A stretch of DNA of 64,000 nt from Nitrososphaeria archaeon (GTDB taxonomy: Archaea > Thermoproteota > Nitrososphaeria > Nitrososphaerales > JAAOZN01), in assembly GCA_029775855.1 (NCBI GenBank), contig JARVJZ010000004.1:88589-152588 (forward strand), written 5' to 3'. The stretch's first letter is position 1, and the number at the start of each line of letters is the position of its first letter. The notes under the pieces are model-generated. The model ran no database searches. It was given only the letters and a program-made list of their open reading frames with translations, and had not been told where the DNA came from. A program made the translations under genes and the position numbers. Positions 20,025 to 30,132 of this stretch are shown here, piece by piece.

Positions 20025-20804
20025 TTACCTAACATGCTCTTCTAGTGTAGTTGAGTCTGACCACAGGTAGTCGAAGTAGTTTTTCGCGAACTTCGCTAAT
20101 CCGCTGTGATCTGACCATATGGCTAAATGTGACTCATTCTCTCCGCTTGCTCCAAGTATAAGTATAACTTGAGTAGCATCAGCTATTACTCCACCGCCAA
20201 ACATCTGATCTCTTACTCTCACTTCGCCTAGTTTCGCCAAGGTTTGTAATATGTTTTGGCTTATGTTTGATGATAGAAGCACACGTACCTTAACATTTGA
20301 ACCAAGCCTTGCAAATGTTGGTGTGATTAGGTTGGCTAATTTTGGTGATATGGATGGTATGGCTATGTTGAGCTCCTTTCTACAGGAGGATATGGTTTCT
20401 TTAACTTTACTTAGAATGTTATATTCTCCTCTTATGATCCAGATTTCAGGCCTCTCTCTTACATCCCTCTTCTCATATATTGGTGTGAGCTCCTCTATAA
20501 CTCTACTTTCGTTTTCAGCCATCTCCTTCTCCAACCTCATCTTAGTAATCTCGACGCAGGTCGCGGGCGGCTTGGGGTAGAATCTACTCGGCCTAGAGCG
20601 CTCCACCTCAACCCAACCCTTCTCCTCCAAGCTGTTCAGAACCTCGTAGATCTTCGAATATGGCACACCAGAGTTCCTGCTAAGGTCTGATGCTGTCTGC
20701 TCACCGTATTCAATCAAAGTTGTGTAGGCCTTTATCTCATACTCAGTCAACCCAAGACCCTCCAACGCTTTTCGAGCACGCTCACTAATAGGCAGCAGAA
20801 CCAC
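20025..20804 (-). CDS. TrmB family transcriptional regulator
   Basis: LGLTEYEIKAY, VPYSKIYEVL..LEEKGWV wHTH and C-terminal effector-binding domain. Confidence 0.9.
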   Translation of the reverse strand: MVLLPISERARKALEGLGLTEYEIKAYTTLIEYGEQTASDLSRNSGVPYSKIYEVLNSLEEKGWVEVERSRPSRFYPKPPATCVEITKMRLEKEMAENESRVIEELTPIYEKRDVRERPEIWIIRGEYNILSKVKETISSCRKELNIAIPSISPKLANLITPTFARLGSNVKVRVLLSSNISQNILQTLAKLGEVRVRDQMFGGGVIADATQVILILGASGENESHLAIWSDHSGLAKFAKNYFDYLWSDSTTLEEHVR

Positions 20805-20891
20805 CTTCTACTATTACGTATCCTTGCAACCCTTATTAACCTTCTACCCAAAGATAAATGGTATCTAAGATTCTATGCTGAGTGATTAGGC

Positions 20892-21986
20892 TTAGAATAG
20901 AGATTGAGTAACAGTCCTAGCTATCCTTGCTATTTGATAACGTTGCTTATCACCAGGCTCTTTGGAAGTTGCTAAGGATGCTTCAAGCCTCGAAGCTCTA
21001 AGCATTAACTCTAACTTTTCAGATTCACGACCTTCTTGGATAGCTAGATATAGTAGTTTAACAAATTCTATTGCGTCATCAGCTTCGGTGCGTCTGATCT
21101 GTGTAGCTTTGCTTAGAGCAGCTCTTAATAATCTCTCCACAGAGTCTTCTTTATCTTTAAGTTTAGATAACGCTTTACCGCATCTAAGCCAGAGATCGGT
21201 CAAGTGAACCGTGACCGCTGAGATGGGCTTCATAGACTGACCAGGCTCTTCCACATCTATTACGAGTAGGTCTTCTGCTGAAGATGGTGGAAGCTTTAAG
21301 GCAAACCAGAGTATCAGAGCCTCCTCTGGATTTAATCCTGGGATGGATGATACGTGGTCTCTGAGGTTAATGTATAGATCGTATTTTGAAACCTTTAGGT
21401 TAATAGGGAAGATTAATGTAGTGAGCAATGAGCGAGCAATTCTTCTAGCCATATGTCTAGCTGCTAAGTATCCCGCTATGCAAATCATTGTTTGATGTAT
21501 GTTAAGCTTAAAATCAAATTTGTATTTGCTGTCGAAGAATGGTGCTCTAGTCAGAGCGTACAGATCTAGCAGAAAGACTTGGAATGGGATGAAATCTCCG
21601 TCTTCCCTAAATGGGAATAAAGATTGAAAAATCTGCTGATGATATGAATTTAGGCTTTTTGAGTATTTCTCTAACGCTTCTAAGATAGACGCATTTGGTG
21701 GTAGAGATAAAGATTTAAGTAAATTCGGCAAAAGTTTCTTTCTTTCGTTGTTTGTCACTGGGAATTCGCTACGAAAGCCTTTCTGATTATAGTTTTGGGA
21801 TAATTCTATGGCTTTTTTAAATGCATCTTGCAAAACTGGTCTTATGTCCGGGCCTACAGCTTCCAGCTCCACACCACGGTCTATAAATGTTAATCGAGCT
21901 GCATCATAATCAATTAACTTAAGGAATGCGAAGTAAAGGTGTCTCAGATAGGGTAAGCTGGGGAGACCTAATTTAATCTTCTTCAA
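20892..21986 (-). CDS. Probable type I-A large subunit (Cas8a2/Csa4-like)
   Basis: Last gene of the cas operon, 364 aa; the call rests mainly on position and size. Confidence 0.6.
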   Translation of the reverse strand: MKKIKLGLPSLPYLRHLYFAFLKLIDYDAARLTFIDRGVELEAVGPDIRPVLQDAFKKAIELSQNYNQKGFRSEFPVTNNERKKLLPNLLKSLSLPPNASILEALEKYSKSLNSYHQQIFQSLFPFREDGDFIPFQVFLLDLYALTRAPFFDSKYKFDFKLNIHQTMICIAGYLAARHMARRIARSLLTTLIFPINLKVSKYDLYINLRDHVSSIPGLNPEEALILWFALKLPPSSAEDLLVIDVEEPGQSMKPISAVTVHLTDLWLRCGKALSKLKDKEDSVERLLRAALSKATQIRRTEADDAIEFVKLLYLAIQEGRESEKLELMLRASRLEASLATSKEPGDKQRYQIARIARTVTQSLF

Positions 21987-22653
21987 GGCTTATCAACTCT
22001 TCCACAAACCATCGCCTATCAGCTGCTAAATCACCGCCTCTAGCTTTGTAAGCATCTAGGTTATCGCCAACAGAGAGTGGTGTAAGAAGCAACATGTAGA
22101 GTTTAAGCCCTTCCGCCTCCTTATTATTCTTAGAAATTTTATCGTTGATAGCGCAGCGCAGCGTCTCAAAATCACTATATGAAACGCAAATATCTACAGT
22201 AAGGTTAAAGTGTTTACAGATGAACTCCTTGACAGCATCACCATACATGTTGAAGCGCCAGGTTGTGATGAGTTTTGTAGGCGTTTGGCTCAGCCAGTCT
22301 CTAATAGCGCACATATGTTGAAGTACTACCATAAACACGATATCTTTGACCGCTGCTAGACGCAAAGCCTCACATATTCTAGAACTTATGACTGCAGATG
22401 GAATTTCGTGGAGATGGAAACTTAAGGGCAAATAGTTCTTTTGGTATCTATCATCAGCCTTTCCAATATCGTGTAGTAGGGATGAGATTCTTACAGCCTC
22501 TTCTAACATTTCATGATCTATCTCTAACCCATATTTCTTAAATCGCTTGCAAACAACATCTTTGCCCATCTTATCCAAGGTACGTGAAGCTATCTTTTCA
22601 GTATTTTCTAGATGCTCAAAGAGGTTATGATTAGGGTATGCATATGGAGCCAT
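21973..22653 (-). CDS. cas3: Stand-alone Cas3 HD nuclease
   Basis: LFEH, LHDIGKA, HE, QH and D motifs. Confidence 0.9.
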   Translation of the reverse strand: MAPYAYPNHNLFEHLENTEKIASRTLDKMGKDVVCKRFKKYGLEIDHEMLEEAVRISSLLHDIGKADDRYQKNYLPLSFHLHEIPSAVISSRICEALRLAAVKDIVFMVVLQHMCAIRDWLSQTPTKLITTWRFNMYGDAVKEFICKHFNLTVDICVSYSDFETLRCAINDKISKNNKEAEGLKLYMLLLTPLSVGDNLDAYKARGGDLAADRRWFVEELISLEED

Positions 22654-22654
22654 T

Positions 22655-24247
22655 TTAATTCAACCCTATCAAACTATCGTATGTGTTTGCGTCTATAACT
22701 ACTCCTCTGTATCCTTCTCTCAGTAGATATAGTGCTACTGAGGGCTTCATCATATAAATGGGCATATAATCGGTTTCTCCACTCTTAATATTCTTGAGAA
22801 CCTTAAGCTTGCCACTTGTAGAAAGCTTTAAAACCTCTTTCTCACTTAGTGGAACTGCTTCTTTAGGGTTGTAAAAATCTTCCTTGTAGCCACTGATTAT
22901 ACCAGCTGAGTTTGTGAAACCCTGAAAGTATAGATAAGCATTCTTGGCGTCGATTAAACCAAATATTGGGCGAGAATCAATATTCTTAAGCGCGTCAAAC
23001 ATTTTTTGAGAAACCCGAAGAGTACCGACACTGCTAAAAACTCGCTCTATTAACTCCTTACTCTTTACGTAAGTGAGATTATCGCCTTCCTTAAGGTAAT
23101 TCCACGTTATATCGACTAATTCTTTGTCATATGGGTGGTTATCGTCTAGTTTTAGAACCCATATCTCACCTTGGTCTTTATTCCTAGCTACCCTTCCCGC
23201 TCTTTGCACTAGTCTATCGGCTGGGCAGCATTCAGTAATCATCACATCGAAGTTTACATCAACACCAGCTTCTATTACTTGGGTCGCCACTACAAAATAG
23301 CTGCTTCTACTCCTAATATCAGTTAAAAACGACCGTCTTGACTCCGGAAGACGGCCATGCGCCAGAATCAAATCCTCGCGTATGGAATCCTCTTGCTTCA
23401 ACCTCCTATAACACTCTACAGCTTTATCTACAGTATTAAATATCAACGCAACCTTTAACCCTCTAAACTTCAGCAAGTCTAAGTCGCTCAACGCAGTTAG
23501 CCGGTGAATTAATCTTTGCTTCCTATTGATCTTCTCGTCAAAGCGTTGATCTTCACCAGGCGTATAAACAATCTTCTCTACACTGAAGTTATATTGGCTC
23601 AACTTATTCTCAATCAAATCTAATATTGGTTTAGGAAGCGTAGCAGTCATTACGACAACTGAAATACCCGCCTTCAGCATGGATATTATAGCCGCCAAGA
23701 CAGCGGTGATGCTCTTCATCTCTTCAGAAACAGACCCTAGACCGCTCAATAGATGAAATTCGTCAAGAACCACAATCGAAGTATAGATCATGGCTCTAGG
23801 ATGCTCAAAATGTGCAACATTCCTATCAAAAGCTTTAGCAAGCTCGTAAGCAGGCAGCTTAAAAAAGTTCAAGATGAAGCTATCCAGCGTCGTAACTATA
23901 CATCTTTTAAAAAATAGTGGCGAACCTGGGGTAAGCATATACTGTGCAGCAACATTCTTAGTTGCGCTAGCACCTAAGACATTTCCAACACATTCTCTTA
24001 CCCTCATATATAGGTCATCTATGATACTCCTCATAGGTAATACGTGTATAACCCTGCTGAAGTATGGGTTACCTTCGATAGCTAATCTGGCTAAAACCGT
24101 TGTTGCTGTGGACTTTCCATAGCCAGCTGGGAGATCCAGTATATACAACTTGGGTTCGTCGAGTTGTTCAAGGTTTAAAGCAAGTTCCTTAAAGAATTTG
24201 CTTAAGTAAAATCTGTCTTCAAAACCTAACTTTTTAGTAGTCTCCAA
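22655..24247 (-). CDS. cas3: Cas3 helicase
   Basis: PAGYGKS, DEFH, MTAT, FNTV, HGR, ATQVIEAGVD, QRAGRVAR. Confidence 0.93.
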   Translation of the reverse strand: METTKKLGFEDRFYLSKFFKELALNLEQLDEPKLYILDLPAGYGKSTATTVLARLAIEGNPYFSRVIHVLPMRSIIDDLYMRVRECVGNVLGASATKNVAAQYMLTPGSPLFFKRCIVTTLDSFILNFFKLPAYELAKAFDRNVAHFEHPRAMIYTSIVVLDEFHLLSGLGSVSEEMKSITAVLAAIISMLKAGISVVVMTATLPKPILDLIENKLSQYNFSVEKIVYTPGEDQRFDEKINRKQRLIHRLTALSDLDLLKFRGLKVALIFNTVDKAVECYRRLKQEDSIREDLILAHGRLPESRRSFLTDIRSRSSYFVVATQVIEAGVDVNFDVMITECCPADRLVQRAGRVARNKDQGEIWVLKLDDNHPYDKELVDITWNYLKEGDNLTYVKSKELIERVFSSVGTLRVSQKMFDALKNIDSRPIFGLIDAKNAYLYFQGFTNSAGIISGYKEDFYNPKEAVPLSEKEVLKLSTSGKLKVLKNIKSGETDYMPIYMMKPSVALYLLREGYRGVVIDANTYDSLIGLN

Positions 24248-24261
24248 GTAGGTTTCGAATA

Positions 24262-25113
24262 TCAGAAACAGAGCACCTCCTCATCCCTTAACATTATAAC
24301 ATACCCATCAACTATCTTAAAGTTCGTAGGCTTAGTCGATATTGGCACCCTAGTTCCAGGTATTATATAGTCTTCGAATATCAGTTTATCTTTTCTTGAC
24401 CAACCACCCCTCCAAAACTTCTCAATATAGAATTCTCTTGGCTCACTGCTTGCTTCTGCAAGCTTATATGGGAAGTAGCATTTGGTTCTAACCTCTAGAG
24501 GTGGTTTCAGTACATTTAGATTAGGTAGTATTTCTGCTCTGCTTACGCTGACGATAGATTCCTTACTACCCACCCTAGTTATATTCGAAGCTGCTTTTAG
24601 AAAGCATTCTTCAGGGTTATCTACAAGTAATTTTCTTGCTTCATTAAGATCTATGATGTAGCAAGCTGTGCCCCTGCCGTTAGGCATTGAAACCTTACCT
24701 ACACGCAACGCACCCATTCGATATTGCGGGAGATACCTTCTTTTACCCAGAAGAGTACCTGTTTTCTCATCTTTTTCTGGAACTAATTGATGATAGTGGA
24801 GCGTTATATATTTATTTGTATCTTCGTAGGTGAAACCTGCTTGTTTCTCATTAAAGTAAAACGAAACTGCGGGTATGGCGCTATCAAGAATTGCCGCAGC
24901 GCTGCTAACACCTAAATCTGTTTTTACGACTTCACCTTTAACCCCATTTAATAAGCCAAAATGTATTAACGGCTCGGCTAAAGCGCCTATGAGTGTTGTA
25001 GGTGGCGGAATGGTGAGCGTCTCCTGGTATCTACTTGTAAACGGAGCCCTTACCCAGAAGCCCCAATGAAATGTGAGCTCAACCCGTAAACCTAAGAGTT
25101 GGCGGGTAGCCAA
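24262..25113 (-). CDS. cas5: Type I-A Cas5
   Basis: FHWGF, PPPTTLIGALA, RVGSKESIVSV. Confidence 0.9.
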   Translation of the reverse strand: MATRQLLGLRVELTFHWGFWVRAPFTSRYQETLTIPPPTTLIGALAEPLIHFGLLNGVKGEVVKTDLGVSSAAAILDSAIPAVSFYFNEKQAGFTYEDTNKYITLHYHQLVPEKDEKTGTLLGKRRYLPQYRMGALRVGKVSMPNGRGTACYIIDLNEARKLLVDNPEECFLKAASNITRVGSKESIVSVSRAEILPNLNVLKPPLEVRTKCYFPYKLAEASSEPREFYIEKFWRGGWSRKDKLIFEDYIIPGTRVPISTKPTNFKIVDGYVIMLRDEEVLCF

Positions 25114-25126
25114 TGCAGACTCTTGC

Positions 25127-26131
25127 TCAACTCTGCGCGAGACTTACTAGTTCTTTCAGAACTTCTTCAACAGAATTGAAAATAGGTATTTGGAGACCTT
25201 TCGCAGCACCTTCCTTGTCAAATGCCAGTATAGTCGCACTGCATTGTTCTTTACTCAACCTATTGATTGTGTTAATTAAAGCATCTTTTCTCTCTACAGT
25301 TGTTGGAATATAGTCTTTGCCGTTTCCAGGGGAGACGATGAACTTTAAACCTTTTGAATAGCTGGCTACAAGAGAAACCGGCTGCATATTCGGTAGAAAT
25401 CTTGAACGCTTAGCGCCGAAAGAGAGGTAGCTAAATAACTTCACAACCGCGGATAAAGCGCCATTTATCCTTTCTACCCTAGAGCTACTCAACCGATCTT
25501 CATTATTCTTATCGACATCACCAAACTGCGTTGATGGCACACCTATCCTTGATAAATCGATGTTAAATGTGAAGGTATAGAGAGCACTTCCCACTTCAAC
25601 ATTATAAGGCATCTGAAGATTTTTGCTAGACGGTGCGAACCTGACATGGAACTGGCTCTCCAGCGCAGCAACTTCTTCCTCATTGATTGCTGGTATAGCG
25701 TAGCCTACTTGAAAACAAGAAGTTCGTTTAACTGGTATGTTACCTGCGTAGAGAAAGCCTCCAACATCTGCCACATAATCACTTAAAAGAATAGCAACTT
25801 CCGTCTTTCTAATTTCATCCTCCTTTACAGGGGGAGAGAGCCCTTCCTCTTTTAGTATTTGATCATCGCTAAATTTAAGGAACTCAAACCTTCTGGAGTA
25901 GCTGCTTATAGGTAGGTCTCTTTGAATTGCTTCTTCAACCAATAACTCTTGATAAGCATGGGCTATCGACTCACCAGATAATACAGGAAGAAACCTTACG
26001 GTATAGCCATCCTTTGTTGGGATAACGATAGGTGCTGTCCTGTGGCGCGCCAAGTTTCCTACAGTCTCTACTCCACTTAGGCTTTCAAGATTTAGTAGAG
26101 CCCTCAAAGCTATGCTTATGAAAGCCATCAT
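25127..26131 (-). CDS. cas7: Type I-A Cas7 (Csa2/DevR)
   Basis: ETVGNLARHR, SGESIAHAYQ, DVGGFL, VKRTS, FGAKRSRFLP. Confidence 0.93.
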   Translation of the reverse strand: MMAFISIALRALLNLESLSGVETVGNLARHRTAPIVIPTKDGYTVRFLPVLSGESIAHAYQELLVEEAIQRDLPISSYSRRFEFLKFSDDQILKEEGLSPPVKEDEIRKTEVAILLSDYVADVGGFLYAGNIPVKRTSCFQVGYAIPAINEEEVAALESQFHVRFAPSSKNLQMPYNVEVGSALYTFTFNIDLSRIGVPSTQFGDVDKNNEDRLSSSRVERINGALSAVVKLFSYLSFGAKRSRFLPNMQPVSLVASYSKGLKFIVSPGNGKDYIPTTVERKDALINTINRLSKEQCSATILAFDKEGAAKGLQIPIFNSVEEVLKELVSLAQS

Positions 26132-26538
26132 TTCTCACCTTTTCTAACCGCTTCGGAAACCTTGCTTGCTACAAGTGTGGCTGCATAAGCAGCTGTTTGT
26201 CTTGCAACTTTTATATCTTTAGAAGCGCTTGCCAGAAAGTTGTCATAAGCTTTGCAATCAGGAAGATTACCCTTAATAATGAAAGTTCTTTCCCCATCCC
26301 ATTCGGCGTTTACCCTAATGTTATCTCCTTCTTGCGTAATTGATTGACCTTGTTTTGGATTCCTCATTATAACTTCTAAGCCTCGTGCAAGTTCATATAC
26401 GCCTTTGTTAACAGCATCCACACTTATCGCGTTCGCCAACCTATCGAGAACAGTATAGCTCCTTGTAGCAAGAACTAGGGCTGCCAGAGCCCTAGCTACA
26501 CCATAATTGATATACCCTTCAGTCAATCCTATCAGCAA
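26128..26538 (-). CDS. csa5: Type I-A small subunit Csa5 (Cas11)
   Basis: SYTVLDRLANA motif, 136 aa, immediately upstream of cas7. Confidence 0.75.
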   Translation of the reverse strand: MLIGLTEGYINYGVARALAALVLATRSYTVLDRLANAISVDAVNKGVYELARGLEVIMRNPKQGQSITQEGDNIRVNAEWDGERTFIIKGNLPDCKAYDNFLASASKDIKVARQTAAYAATLVASKVSEAVRKGEK

Positions 26539-26611
26539 TTACTCTACAGCATCTCCATATAAATGTTTCGTTTAGATGGAAAATTTTCTAAGAAGAAAAA
26601 CTTAAGTATCA

Positions 26612-27277
26612 TTGTTCTATCTTGTTAGAACAATGATAATCATCCTTACCTTAGGGTTTGACGAAAAATTTGCATTGAGAGCCGTGGCTAGAAGAGGCTT
26701 AACTCCTCAAGACGAGGTGTTAGTGATCTTAGCAGAGCCTGTAGATGAGAGAGTTGAAAGAGCATATAGGCAACTCAAGGATCTTATAAAGAAGATCTAC
26801 GACCAAGCTTGTGTAAACAGTGTTACAGTTGACGCTAAGAATTTTGACGCCGCATTGAATGTACTAGTTGAGGAGTTCTCCAAGCGGAGGAAATCAGAGT
26901 TTATAATTAATCTGAGCGGCGGTTTTAGAGCCCTAATACTAGAGGTTTTAGCAGCAGCTCTGCTAGCAGATGTTAAAGGCGAAGTAGAAAGTGAACTTGA
27001 AGACTTTACAAAAGTTATTACGTTTCCGCTTACGATCTTGAAACCTATTAATGTCGACAACACCGACTTAAGGATAATGAGTCTTTTAGGGGAAAGTGAA
27101 CTCACTCTAAGCACACTAACCACAAGAACAGGCCTTGGGAAAACCACTGTTTGGCGAAGGCTCAAAAGACTCGAAGAAGTAGGGTTGGCATCTCATCAGA
27201 GATTATATAAACTTACAAGCTTGGGACTTCTCACCCTTAAAGTTAAAGGTATCCCTGATTATAAAAAAGAAAAATAA
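26612..27277 (+). CDS. csa3: CARF-HTH regulator Csa3
   Basis: TLGFDEKFALR, NLSGG.R and C-terminal wHTH; divergent from the cas operon. Confidence 0.9.
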   Translation: MFYLVRTMIIILTLGFDEKFALRAVARRGLTPQDEVLVILAEPVDERVERAYRQLKDLIKKIYDQACVNSVTVDAKNFDAALNVLVEEFSKRRKSEFIINLSGGFRALILEVLAAALLADVKGEVESELEDFTKVITFPLTILKPINVDNTDLRIMSLLGESELTLSTLTTRTGLGKTTVWRRLKRLEEVGLASHQRLYKLTSLGLLTLKVKGIPDYKKEK

Positions 27278-27322
27278 AAGGCTTAAGAAGGTTTATTTAA
27301 AGAAAAAACGTTAACATCTGGT

Positions 27323-27730
27323 ATGCCTACGGAGAAGGAGGAGAGTCTGCTAAGAGAGGAGCGTGTAGCCAGACTAGCAACATTCTCTAAGAACGGTAAA
27401 ATCCACTTGATTCCAGTCTGCTATGCATATGACGGCAAGCACATCTATGTAGGCACCAGCCTAGATTCTCAGAAGGTTAAGAACCTAAAGAGAAACAGCA
27501 GCGTATCCTTAATCGTAGACAGATACTATGAAGACTGGTCGAAGCTGAAGGGTGTAATGATACAAGGCAGTGCTGAGGTGATAGAGGGGGGTGAAGAGTT
27601 CGAGTCAGCGAAGAAGATGCTATACCAGAAGTATCCGCAGTATGAAGAGCAAGTACCCATAAGAGAGGGTGAGTCAGCCATCATAAAGATAACGGTTGAG
27701 AAGATACTTTCTTGGGACTACGAAGGTTAA
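27323..27730 (+). CDS. PPOX / pyridoxamine-5'-phosphate oxidase family (probably F420-binding)
   Basis: ARLAT..PV, KVKNLKRN, DRYYEDWSKL.GV.IQG.A, KYPQY. Confidence 0.85.
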   Translation: MPTEKEESLLREERVARLATFSKNGKIHLIPVCYAYDGKHIYVGTSLDSQKVKNLKRNSSVSLIVDRYYEDWSKLKGVMIQGSAEVIEGGEEFESAKKMLYQKYPQYEEQVPIREGESAIIKITVEKILSWDYEG

Positions 27731-27794
27731 AAACTCGCTTAGCCAAGAAAGGATAACAGTCAGAGAAGATGCCAACATGCTTAGTGGAAAATAG

Positions 27795-29207
27795 GTGTAT
27801 GGCTTAAATAAGAATATAGTCCATTTAAATAATATGTGTAGCATAAAGGTAGAAAGAGCTTCTTGGATAATAACACTTGACCAAAAACGGCGTATCATAA
27901 AGGACGGATCTATCTACATCGAAGATGGAAGGATTGTAGCAGTCGAAAAAGCAGATAAACTAAAACTTGAAGGCGCTGACATAGTCATAGAAGGGTTAAA
28001 CAAAGTCATCACACCCGGCTTCATAAATAATCATATGCACATCAGCTACGCTCACCCAGTTAGAGGCATCTTCCCAGATGACCTACCACTCATGACTTAT
28101 CTGAACTACGTGTTCAAGCTGCAGTCCGCAATGAAGCCCCACGAAGAATATTACGCCACACTCTTGGCGGTGACTGAACTCCTGAAAAGCGGCTGCACCT
28201 GTTTCGCAGACCCAGGGAGCATAGGCAGCCTCGAATCTGGAGTTAAAGCCATTCTAGACGCTGGGATAAGGGCAGTAGTCGGTAGAGACGTGGTAGATAA
28301 GCCTAACCCGCTACATCTTCCTGTTAGAGAAACTGAGGAGGCGGTTAAGATGTTGGAGGAGACGCTAAGAGCGTATTCCGATTTATCAAACGGTAGAGTA
28401 AAGGCGTGGGTTACTGTCTTCTCACCAGACTACGCAAGCGACGAGCTGCTAATCAAAGCGAAGGAGCTTGCTGATAGATACCGTACCGTGCTCACGCTAC
28501 ACACATCTTTTAGCGAAGAGGGTGTTAAGAACTTTGAGGCAAATAGGGGTAGAAGACCAATAGAACACCTAGCACACTTAGGAGTCTTAGGTGAAAACGT
28601 GCTTCTCTCACACGCGTTAGTGGTAAATGAGAGAGAGATCGGCTTACTGGCTAAAAGCGGAGCCAAAGTTGTGCATTGCCCTTCTGCGGCGGTCAGAGGA
28701 TTTGGAGCAACCAAGTTCGGTAGGTTTCCAGAGATGTTAGATAAAGGTATACACGTAAGTCTGGGGAGCGATGCTGCAAACTCATCTTACTATCTAGACA
28801 TGGTTAGGCTGATGTATCTAGCCATGGTTCTCTACAAGGATGCGAAGTTGAATAAAGCTGTTATGCCACCTGAGGTAGCGCTAGAAATGGGAACTATTAA
28901 CGGGGCTTGGGGGCTTGGGTTAAATGAAGAAGTAGGCTCAATAGAAGTCGGTAAGAAGGCTGATCTAGTAGTATTTGACACGAAGAGGGCTGAATGGAGG
29001 TCAATATTCTATCCTGTAAACAACCTAATATATTCTGCTGACGGTAGAAGTGTTGATACAGTTATAGTTGATGGCAGAATAGTTGTTCAATCAGGCACAC
29101 CCCGATACGTTAACGAACAAGATTTGTGTGGAAGGGTGCAAGAGATCGGCGAAGACATCCTTAAGCGAACAAATGTATCATTCAACTACAGATGGCAAGT
29201 TGAGTAG
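27795..29207 (+). CDS. Amidohydrolase (MTA/SAH/nucleobase deaminase-like)
   Basis: PGFINNHMH, LH, SH, HCP, GSD, GSIEVGKKADLV. Confidence 0.88.
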   Translation: MYGLNKNIVHLNNMCSIKVERASWIITLDQKRRIIKDGSIYIEDGRIVAVEKADKLKLEGADIVIEGLNKVITPGFINNHMHISYAHPVRGIFPDDLPLMTYLNYVFKLQSAMKPHEEYYATLLAVTELLKSGCTCFADPGSIGSLESGVKAILDAGIRAVVGRDVVDKPNPLHLPVRETEEAVKMLEETLRAYSDLSNGRVKAWVTVFSPDYASDELLIKAKELADRYRTVLTLHTSFSEEGVKNFEANRGRRPIEHLAHLGVLGENVLLSHALVVNEREIGLLAKSGAKVVHCPSAAVRGFGATKFGRFPEMLDKGIHVSLGSDAANSSYYLDMVRLMYLAMVLYKDAKLNKAVMPPEVALEMGTINGAWGLGLNEEVGSIEVGKKADLVVFDTKRAEWRSIFYPVNNLIYSADGRSVDTVIVDGRIVVQSGTPRYVNEQDLCGRVQEIGEDILKRTNVSFNYRWQVE

Positions 29208-29215
29208 AGATACAG

Positions 29216-30130
29216 TCACTTAAGCAACAGTTTAATCTTATCTTGAAGAGCTCCGTAAACCCCTTTCCTGAATCTTAATACAACGGTAAGAGTTACGATG
29301 CCTAGAATAAGAGTTCTATATGGACCCAAGGCTCTCAAATATTCGTTAAAGAATGTTACAGTATAAGCCCCAATAAGCGGTCCCGGTAAAGTGCCCCATC
29401 CGCCGAGCAATATCATTACCAAGGCTTGGAAGGTAAGGTCAAATGAGAGTACACCAGGCCCTACTACACCAAGGTAATGGGCATAGAGCGAACCCGCTAA
29501 TCCGGTTAAGGTTGAGGATATCGTGAAAGCCAATATCTTGTATTTAACCACATTAACACCCATAGCCTCAGCGAGGTCTTCATCTTCCCTAATAAGTTTG
29601 AAGCCATACCCCAGCCTACTGCGCAGTATCAAGGTAAGTATAATTGTGGTTAGAAGTGCATAACTTACGAAGATGAAGTAGTTGAGGGAAGGCTCAGCAG
29701 AAACTTTAGGTACGCCGGTTAAACCGTCTTCACCACCCGTAAATTCAGAGAAAGAGTATACTAGGTTGACTAAAACAAGGTTGCTAAGCGCGGTCACAAG
29801 CAGCAGAAACGGGCCTTTAGCCCTAAGCGTCAAGAATCCTAAGAGAAGCCCAGCTGCTGAAGAGATAAAGGTGGAGACTGGTATAGTTAAGGCTAAAGGT
29901 AAACCTATCATAGCGCTTAGATAGGCCGACACATACCCACCAGTTCCAAAGAAGATTGCGTGGCCTAGGTTTACTTGTCCGACATAGGCTGCAGTGAAGT
30001 TAAGTGTCGCAGCGTAAATGGCATAAGCTGAGCCGAAGATCATAATTGTTAGCAGATATCTATCTCCAGTAATCCCTATAACGTAAAGCAGTAAGACAGC
30101 ACATAACACCGCTAAAACAGTTTTGTTCAA
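29216..30130 (-). CDS. Branched-chain-type ABC permease (LivM-like)
   Basis: GQVNLGHA, TGGEDG, IREDEDLAEAMGV. Confidence 0.88.
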   Translation of the reverse strand: MNKTVLAVLCAVLLLYVIGITGDRYLLTIMIFGSAYAIYAATLNFTAAYVGQVNLGHAIFFGTGGYVSAYLSAMIGLPLALTIPVSTFISSAAGLLLGFLTLRAKGPFLLLVTALSNLVLVNLVYSFSEFTGGEDGLTGVPKVSAEPSLNYFIFVSYALLTTIILTLILRSRLGYGFKLIREDEDLAEAMGVNVVKYKILAFTISSTLTGLAGSLYAHYLGVVGPGVLSFDLTFQALVMILLGGWGTLPGPLIGAYTVTFFNEYLRALGPYRTLILGIVTLTVVLRFRKGVYGALQDKIKLLLK

Positions 30131-30132
30131 AT

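Noticed and set aside
20805-27322. CRISPR array or mini-array beside the cas genes
   Set aside because: The intergenic gaps are short and show no repeated 24-40 bp unit.
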